Part shown: one piece after another, positions 59,283 to 64,000 of the stretch | Numbering within the stretch: the first letter of the stretch is position 1 | Layout of the letters: every line of letters begins with the position of its first letter | Assembly (NCBI GenBank): GCA_903831805.1 | Contig: CAIKZD010000009.1 | Location: 217,939 to 281,938 of the forward strand | Source: an uncultured bacterium | GTDB taxonomy: Bacteria > Patescibacteriota > Minisyncoccia > Moranbacterales > UBA2206 | Direction: 5' to 3' | DNA: 64,000 nucleotides | Position numbers and translations under genes: made by a program | Notes under the pieces: model-generated | Told to the model about the DNA's origin: nothing | The model's input: only the letters and a program-made list of their open reading frames with translations | Database searches by the model: none

Positions 59283-59311
59283 TTGATTTTTTGTTGTTAA
59301 TTGGCTATAAT
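59283..59311 (+). promoter_or_regulatory. near-consensus sigma70 promoter TTGATT-N17-TATAAT for the recombinase gene
   Basis: Hexamers and spacing read directly from the sequence, 30 nt upstream of the ATG at 59342. Confidence 0.45.
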
Positions 59312-59341
59312 CCAGATATAAACTTTAAATCATAATGTGTT

Positions 59342-60178
59342 ATGAATGAAAGTTATTATCCAAGTCAAGATCCAATTTTAAAATTGAAGCAGGAAATGAA
59401 ATTGCGGAAGTTTAGTCCGAAAACCGTCAAGTCCTATTTATATTATATCACGGATTTACTGAAGCAATCAAACAAAAATCCCAAAACTGTCAATACGGAC
59501 GATATTCGGGGATATTTAGAATATCTAGCTGACAAAAATTTCGCTGCTTCAACCCTAAATGGTGCCTATAGTGCTTTCAAACTCTACTTTGAAAAAATCC
59601 TTTATCGTCATTTCTTTGCCAATATTCCACGCGCCAAATGCCCCAAAAAATTGCCGGAAACCCTCACCAAAGAAGAGGTGAAAAAAATTCTAGGCACGAT
59701 TCAGAACGTAAAACACAAGCTGTTACTAGGATTGATGTATTCATCAGGACTGCGAGTTTCGGAAGTTGTGAATTGCAAGGTCAAAGATTTGGATTTTGAA
59801 AGCAAATTGATGCGGGTGCGCCAAGCCAAGGGAGCTAAGGACAGAATGACTATCTTATCAGAAAAAATGATTGTTGTTTTGCAAAGATATTTAAAGAATA
59901 AAAAATCTGACGACTATGTTTTCGAAAGCGACCGTGGTGGCAAACTGACTGAAAGAACGGCTCAGAAAATTTTTTGCGACGCCTTGCAAAAATCTGGCAT
60001 CAAAAAACCGGCTACTTGCCACAGTTTGCGCCATTCTTTTGCCACTCACCTCTTGGAATCCGGCACCAGCATCCGCTATATCCAAGAACTTCTTGGCCAT
60101 GCACGCCTCGAGACCACGCAAATTTACACCAAAGTGGCCAACACGAACCTGCAAACTATCAAAAGTCCATTAGATTAG
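59342..60178 (+). CDS. tyrosine site-specific recombinase (Xer/IntI-like)
   Basis: R..H.LRHSFATHLLESG...IQELLGHARLETTQIYTKV catalytic R-H-R-Y region. The KVKDLDF..RVRQAKGAKDR patch and the KSPLD tail resemble integron integrases, but the IntI-specific extra domain is absent. 278 aa. Confidence 0.85.
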   Translation: MNESYYPSQDPILKLKQEMKLRKFSPKTVKSYLYYITDLLKQSNKNPKTVNTDDIRGYLEYLADKNFAASTLNGAYSAFKLYFEKILYRHFFANIPRAKCPKKLPETLTKEEVKKILGTIQNVKHKLLLGLMYSSGLRVSEVVNCKVKDLDFESKLMRVRQAKGAKDRMTILSEKMIVVLQRYLKNKKSDDYVFESDRGGKLTERTAQKIFCDALQKSGIKKPATCHSLRHSFATHLLESGTSIRYIQELLGHARLETTQIYTKVANTNLQTIKSPLD

Positions 60179-60187
60179 AAAATTATT

Positions 60188-61138
60188 ATGCCAGTCAAAA
60201 CTATTGCTGACCTCCAGAAAGAATACGCCGGCCGGATCGACCATCTTGATTTGGAACTTTTGATCGCGCATACCATCAAAAAACCGCGCGAATTCGTCAT
60301 GGCACACCCGGAATACACTCTTTCGCCAGCGAAAATTGAAACTTGTAAATTGAAACTTGCTCGCCGGATGCGGGCGGAGCCCTTAGCCTATATTTTAGGC
60401 TCTAAGGAGTTTTTTGGCCTCCCCTTCCTGGTATCGCCTGCCACCCTTATCCCCCGCCCTGAGACCGAATTGATGGTGGAGATGGCGTTGGAAGAGGTCG
60501 CCAGTCATCGGTCATCGGTCATCGGTATTGTCGATGTAGGCACCGGCAGTGGAAATATCATTATCTCCATTGCAAAAAACTTAGAGAGTCTTTGTCATCC
60601 TCGCGTAGGCGGGGATCCAGTCGCGCATCAAAAAGTTTCTACACTAGATTCCCGTCTTCACGGGAATGACAGATATAATTTTTACGGCATAGATATTTCA
60701 AGAGATGCACTCGCTGTCGCCAAGCGTAACGCCAAAAAAAATGATGTCGCAACAAAAATAAAATTTCTGCACGGTAATTTATTAGAACCACTCATTCAAA
60801 ATTCAAAATTCAAAATTCAAAATTCCAAGATGATAATTTTAGCCAATCTTCCCTATCTCTCCAAAAAAATTTATGCCGCCACGGCACCCACTGTGAAAAA
60901 ATTTGAGCCGAAGTCCGCGCTATATTCTGCCAAAGAAGGCTTAGCGCATTATGAAAAATTATTCCAACAACTGAAAGAGCTGACGACCAACAACCGAGAG
61001 TTAATGGCCATCTTAGAATTCAGTCCTGAACAAAAAGCTGCACTACAAAAATTGATTCTAAAATATTTCCCTAAAGCTAGAGTAATTTTCAAAAAAGACT
61101 TAGCCCGGAAATGGCGCTTAGCTATCATTACGCCTTAA
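60188..61138 (+). CDS. prmC: release factor glutamine methyltransferase PrmC (HemK) with unusual insertions
   Basis: VDVGTGSGNI AdoMet motif and NLPY (NPPY variant). It is 316 aa, longer than typical, and contains two in-frame heptamer tandem repeats and a roughly 90-bp TIR-flanked insertion. Confidence 0.8.
   Translation: MPVKTIADLQKEYAGRIDHLDLELLIAHTIKKPREFVMAHPEYTLSPAKIETCKLKLARRMRAEPLAYILGSKEFFGLPFLVSPATLIPRPETELMVEMALEEVASHRSSVIGIVDVGTGSGNIIISIAKNLESLCHPRVGGDPVAHQKVSTLDSRLHGNDRYNFYGIDISRDALAVAKRNAKKNDVATKIKFLHGNLLEPLIQNSKFKIQNSKMIILANLPYLSKKIYAATAPTVKKFEPKSALYSAKEGLAHYEKLFQQLKELTTNNRELMAILEFSPEQKAALQKLILKYFPKARVIFKKDLARKWRLAIITP
60494..60514. repeat. (gtcatcg)x3 in-frame tandem repeat in prmC
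   Basis: Read directly; encodes SHRSSVIG. Confidence 0.7.
60797..60824. repeat. (caaaatt)x4 in-frame tandem repeat in prmC
   Basis: Read directly; encodes QNSKFKIQNSK. Confidence 0.7.
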
Positions 61139-61168
61139 AAAAGACTTGGAAATACTTACAAAATATAG

Positions 61169-61196
61169 CAAAAAACCGCCTGTTAGCGGTTTTTTG
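61169..61196 (+). terminator. rho-independent terminator after prmC, followed by two ccccgag...ttttcgggg hairpins
   Basis: aaaaccgc-ctgtta-gcggtttttt. Confidence 0.6.
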
Positions 61197-61339
61197 CTTG
61201 CCCCGAGATTGCGGTTAGCAACTTTTCGGGACTTGCCCCGAGATGGCAAAGCCATTTTTCGGGGCTGTATGCCTTTAACTCTTGCTGAAAAAGGCGGTTT
61301 TGCGACCAATTACATTTGAATTGGTCTCAAGAAGTCAGA

Positions 61340-61468
61340 CTATTTCTTTTTCTTAGTCGCTTTCTTTTTGGTAACTTTTTTCACAGCTTTCTTCACGGTT
61401 TTTTTCACAGCTTTCTTAGCAACTTTTTTCACAACTTTCTTCTTGGTAACTTTTTTCTTTGTAGCCAT
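61340..61468 (-). CDS. 42-aa Lys/Ala/Val-repeat basic protein (histone H1/Hc1-like tail), not in ORF track
   Basis: Manual translation gives MATKKKVTKKKVVKKVAKKAVKKTVKKAVKKVTKKKATKKKK*. SD ggaaggtga lies 9 nt upstream. A hairpin gaccaatt..aattggtc lies downstream. Confidence 0.5.
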   Translation of the reverse strand: MATKKKVTKKKVVKKVAKKAVKKTVKKAVKKVTKKKATKKKK

Positions 61469-62019
61469 TTTTTATTTCACCTTCCTTTCTAATTTTATTT
61501 TTCAAATTTATAATTTTGTTTTCGACCTTTTGTTTTAAGTGAAAATATTTTTTGATAAAAATATTTTCCACTTGATTAAATTATAGACTATTTATTTTTA
61601 TTTGCAATAGAAAAAAGTTATCCACACCCTAAAATTTTTAAAAAATATTTTTCTATCCTGTTTATTACTACATCTTATAAAAAATTTTATTCGATTTGTT
61701 TAGAAAATAATTTCAAATTTTTAATTTTTAATTTTTATTGAATTTTAAATTTATTAATTTTAAAACCCCTTAAGAAATTGGTTTTATGAATTAGAAATTA
61801 AAACATTATTTAAAAATTACAAAATTAAAAATTAAAAATTTCCCCGATTATTACGCCCTAAAATGACTTTTTGTCCAGTTGACGAGAGGGCCGGATACTA
61901 TTAAGATTTAGAAGAAGAATACGCTTCAACGAAAGCACGTTAACAACTTTTGCGTCATAAGAAAGAGAGGTAGGCGCAAAAACCATAATTAAACTAACAT
62001 AGAAAGGAAGGTGAAATCT

Positions 62020-62649
62020 ATGGAATTCAACCAAGAAGAAAATGATGAGAAAATGAAAGAGGAAGGCGAAAACTCACAAGGTCAAGCCAAGCAATGGTTG
62101 CAAGACAACTTGCGCATCATCATCAGCGTCCTGATCGTAGTGTTGATTGCCGGTGGGATCTATTCCTATTCAAAAAGGACCCAAGCTCCGACAGCTTCAG
62201 ATAACTCTGGCGTAACGACAAGCCAAGTAGCTTCCGATAGCAGCAACCAGAACGATCAAGCGACCGACCAAACAACAGCCAATACGACTCAAGCTCAACC
62301 GGCAGCCACAACGCAAGAAAAAGTCTCTTCAGTTGCCACGAGCCAAGAAACTGATAATTCATTCATCGAAACAGCCGTCAAGGGTGATGGGATGACGAAA
62401 TTGGCCCGTAAAGCGGCCGCGAATTATCTCGAAAAAAATCCTAACTCGGCCTTGAGCGCTGAACACAAGATTTATATCGAGGATTATCTCCGAAAAAACG
62501 TCAACCATACTAAGGGAGTTTCCGTCGGAACATCCGTGGAATTTTCAAAAGAACTGATTAAAACGGCGATTGAAAAGTCTCAGACTCTCAGTCCAAAACA
62601 ACTTACTAACTTGCACAAATATGCAGTGAGAGTGCCGTCACTATCCTGA
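62020..62649 (+). CDS. single-pass membrane protein with S/T/Q-rich low-complexity region
   Basis: SD aaggaaggtga precedes the ATG at 62020 (the track used the upstream GTG). TM helix IIISVLIVVLIAGGIY. Confidence 0.5.
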   Translation: MEFNQEENDEKMKEEGENSQGQAKQWLQDNLRIIISVLIVVLIAGGIYSYSKRTQAPTASDNSGVTTSQVASDSSNQNDQATDQTTANTTQAQPAATTQEKVSSVATSQETDNSFIETAVKGDGMTKLARKAAANYLEKNPNSALSAEHKIYIEDYLRKNVNHTKGVSVGTSVEFSKELIKTAIEKSQTLSPKQLTNLHKYAVRVPSLS

Positions 62650-62736
62650 AAAACAGATTCTGCAAGCTAAGCACAAAAAAATTACTGTTCTTTCATTGAG
62701 ATTAAGAAGTATATTATTACTCACTTTCTAAATAAC

Positions 62737-62768
62737 AAAAATCCCTGCCGATGAGGCAGGGATTTTTG
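62737..62768. terminator. bidirectional terminator hairpin between convergent genes
   Basis: aaaatccctgcc-gatga-ggcagggatttt with T/A runs on both sides. Confidence 0.55.
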
Positions 62769-62780
62769 TTATCCGGAAAA

Positions 62781-63209
62781 TTAGTATAGGCTGACGTCAT
62801 CCCCCACTTGAAAACCATACCGGTCGCTTAATCCGGCGCCAATTTCCAGCACATTATCAGCGGGGACGAGCGGACGAGCGATTTCCGCCGAATCAGCGGC
62901 AAAATTTTTCTTGATATACACTATTTTTCCGTCCGCGAGGAAGAGGATGTCTAGCGCGAACTGCATATCTTTCATCCAAAAAGCATACTTCCCTTTTTGG
63001 GGAAAAGCAAAAAGCATCGCACAATGGGGGCATAGATTTTCTCGGCCGCCCAATCCTTTTTGATATTCTTCTTGGGAGCGCGGTAATTCGGCTATAAAAT
63101 TTTGACCATCAATCCTGACCACTTTCCGATAGAAAATGTCCACCAAAAATCCCGTGGCGAGGACGAGGCTACTTAGCAAGAAAAAAATCGCCAGTTTCTT
63201 TTTGATCAT
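62781..63209 (-). CDS. DUF192 (COG1430) domain protein
   Basis: 142 aa with N-terminal TM anchor; conserved pattern FPQKGKYAFWMKDMQFALDILFLADGKIVYI. Confidence 0.65.
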   Translation of the reverse strand: MIKKKLAIFFLLSSLVLATGFLVDIFYRKVVRIDGQNFIAELPRSQEEYQKGLGGRENLCPHCAMLFAFPQKGKYAFWMKDMQFALDILFLADGKIVYIKKNFAADSAEIARPLVPADNVLEIGAGLSDRYGFQVGDDVSLY

Positions 63210-63220
63210 ATTGAAAAAAG

Positions 63221-64000
63221 TTAGCCTTGCGTCTTGAGGGAAGAAATTTTTTTATTCACCGCCACTAGTACCCCGGCCATGATTAGCGCTATCAAAAACA
63301 AAGTTATGCCCTTTCCGATTGCCCGCGTATTAAGCGCCACTGCGGCCACCACCACCGTCACTGCCCAATAGCTGCCCACTATTTTTTTTTGCGACCAGCC
63401 CAGTTCCATCAGCTTATAATGCAAATGATTCTTGTCCGGCAGAAAGATGGATTTTTTGTTCTTGAGTCTTTCGCCAATGACCCAAAGAAAGTCCATGATT
63501 GGCACCGCTAGGACCAAAAGAGCCGTGGCCACCTTGGTGCCGGAAAAAATTGACATGACCGCCAGAGAAAAACCCATGAACATGGCGCCGGCCGTCCCAG
63601 CAATGATCATCGACGGATTAAAATTAAATATCAGAAAGCCCAAAATTGTCCCCATGAGGATGGCCGAAAGGATGGCCATCGGTGGTTGATTAACTTCCGG
63701 TCGGAAACTCAGGATAAAAATGCTGGCCGCGGTGATGAAGGTGATGCCGCTCGCCATCCCATCGATCCCATCCGACCAGTTGATAGCGTTTATAACCAGG
63801 ACGATCCAAAAAATCACCAGCGCCACAGACAAAATTATGCCCAAGCCGGAATCTAAGTTTAAGATGCCGCCAGAGAGTGGATTGGTGATGTAGTAGATCC
63901 GAATGCCCATAATGAAAACCAGAATGGCCACGGCTACCTGGATGAAAAGCTGAATTTTCCAAAAAAGTTCTTTCAAATCATCCAAAAATCCGACTATTAG
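63221..64000 (-). CDS. MraY/WecA-family polyprenyl-phosphate N-acetylhexosamine-1-phosphate transferase, 3' portion (gene runs off window end)
   Basis: NAINWSDGIDG conserved motif and polytopic membrane topology. The ORF is open to position 64000. Confidence 0.7.
   Translation of the reverse strand, partial: LIVGFLDDLKELFWKIQLFIQVAVAILVFIMGIRIYYITNPLSGGILNLDSGLGIILSVALVIFWIVLVINAINWSDGIDGMASGITFITAASIFILSFRPEVNQPPMAILSAILMGTILGFLIFNFNPSMIIAGTAGAMFMGFSLAVMSIFSGTKVATALLVLAVPIMDFLWVIGERLKNKKSIFLPDKNHLHYKLMELGWSQKKIVGSYWAVTVVVAAVALNTRAIGKGITLFLIALIMAGVLVAVNKKISSLKTQG

Larger units (their letters stand above)
39829..60187. mobile_element. about 20 kb accessory/defense island splitting the prfA-prmC pair, ending with a tyrosine recombinase; attC-like repeats between gene blocks
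   Basis: prfA and prmC are normally adjacent. The intervening genes are defense or mobile-type (KilA-N, Type I R-M, cyclase, type IIS R-M, GIY-YIG, recombinase), and the spacers consist of repeat families F1/F2/F3. Confidence 0.6.

Noticed and set aside
59342-60178. Calling the recombinase a bona fide integron integrase (IntI)
   Set aside because: The distance between the patch II region and the KPAT.H.LRHSFAT box is Xer-like (about 37 aa), so the IntI-specific additional domain appears absent. It is kept as IntI/Xer-like only.
61500-61900. Possible replication origin: 350-bp AT-rich region containing a perfect DnaA box TTATCCACA (about 61618)
   Set aside because: There is only a single consensus box plus one 7/9 match, no dnaA/dnaN nearby and no box cluster. 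One perfect 9-mer in 64 kb is within chance expectation. It is more simply the promoter region of the Lys-rich ORF.
1-64000. CRISPR arrays, rRNA, tRNA
   Set aside because: No regularly spaced direct repeats with unique spacers were seen. The island repeats are structured and heterogeneous, not CRISPR-like. No GTTCGAATC-type T-loop or cloverleaf candidates were found by eye; a tRNAscan run would be needed to be sure.

Overview
This 64 kb window looks like the chromosome of a small-genome bacterium. A Patescibacteria/CPR-like origin is only an inference from gene content and compactness. Nearly all genes are on the minus strand. The housekeeping backbone includes clpB, an HtrA-like protease, a 59-aa ferredoxin missed by the ORF track, a parvulin PPIase and lepA. 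It continues with murJ, a polysaccharide cluster (three GT4 glycosyltransferases, a Wzz-like protein, the initiating sugar-phosphate transferase and a DUF4012-like protein), RNase P RNA (rnpB), valS, pheT, a Nudix hydrolase, pheS and rluB. Next comes an ECF sigma/anti-sigma pair upstream of a MacAB-like efflux operon flanked by two paralogous secreted proteins, then an alpha/beta hydrolase and GT2/GT4 genes, and finally prfA and prmC.

The prfA-prmC pair is split by a roughly 20 kb accessory island (about 39829-60187) that ends in a tyrosine recombinase. The island carries a KilA-N protein and a Type I R-M operon (hsdR-M-S). That operon is extended by a PD-(D/E)xK-like ORF, a class III nucleotidyl cyclase homolog and a small 3-TM protein. 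The island also holds a lipoprotein, a kinase-like unknown, and a 5-gene operon: a GIY-YIG nuclease, a RadC-Dam methyltransferase fusion, a Dam-like methyltransferase, an AlwI-family (type IIS) endonuclease candidate and a 506-aa unknown.

The island's intergenic spacers are built from three repeat families. One family (F3) has attC-like architecture: RYYYAAC/GTTRRRY terminal boxes, inverted inner boxes with compensatory substitutions between copies, and variable centres. This suggests an integron-like, recombinase-driven cassette array.

Outside the island, a roughly 51 bp double-hairpin element is inserted in-frame in lepA, valS and pheT. valS and prmC carry further in-frame palindromic or tandem-repeat insertions. 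A HepT/MNT toxin-antitoxin pair sits at the lepA 3' end between 75-bp direct repeats copied from lepA. A small promoter-plus-terminator two-gene cassette and a 42-aa Lys-rich histone-like ORF are also present.
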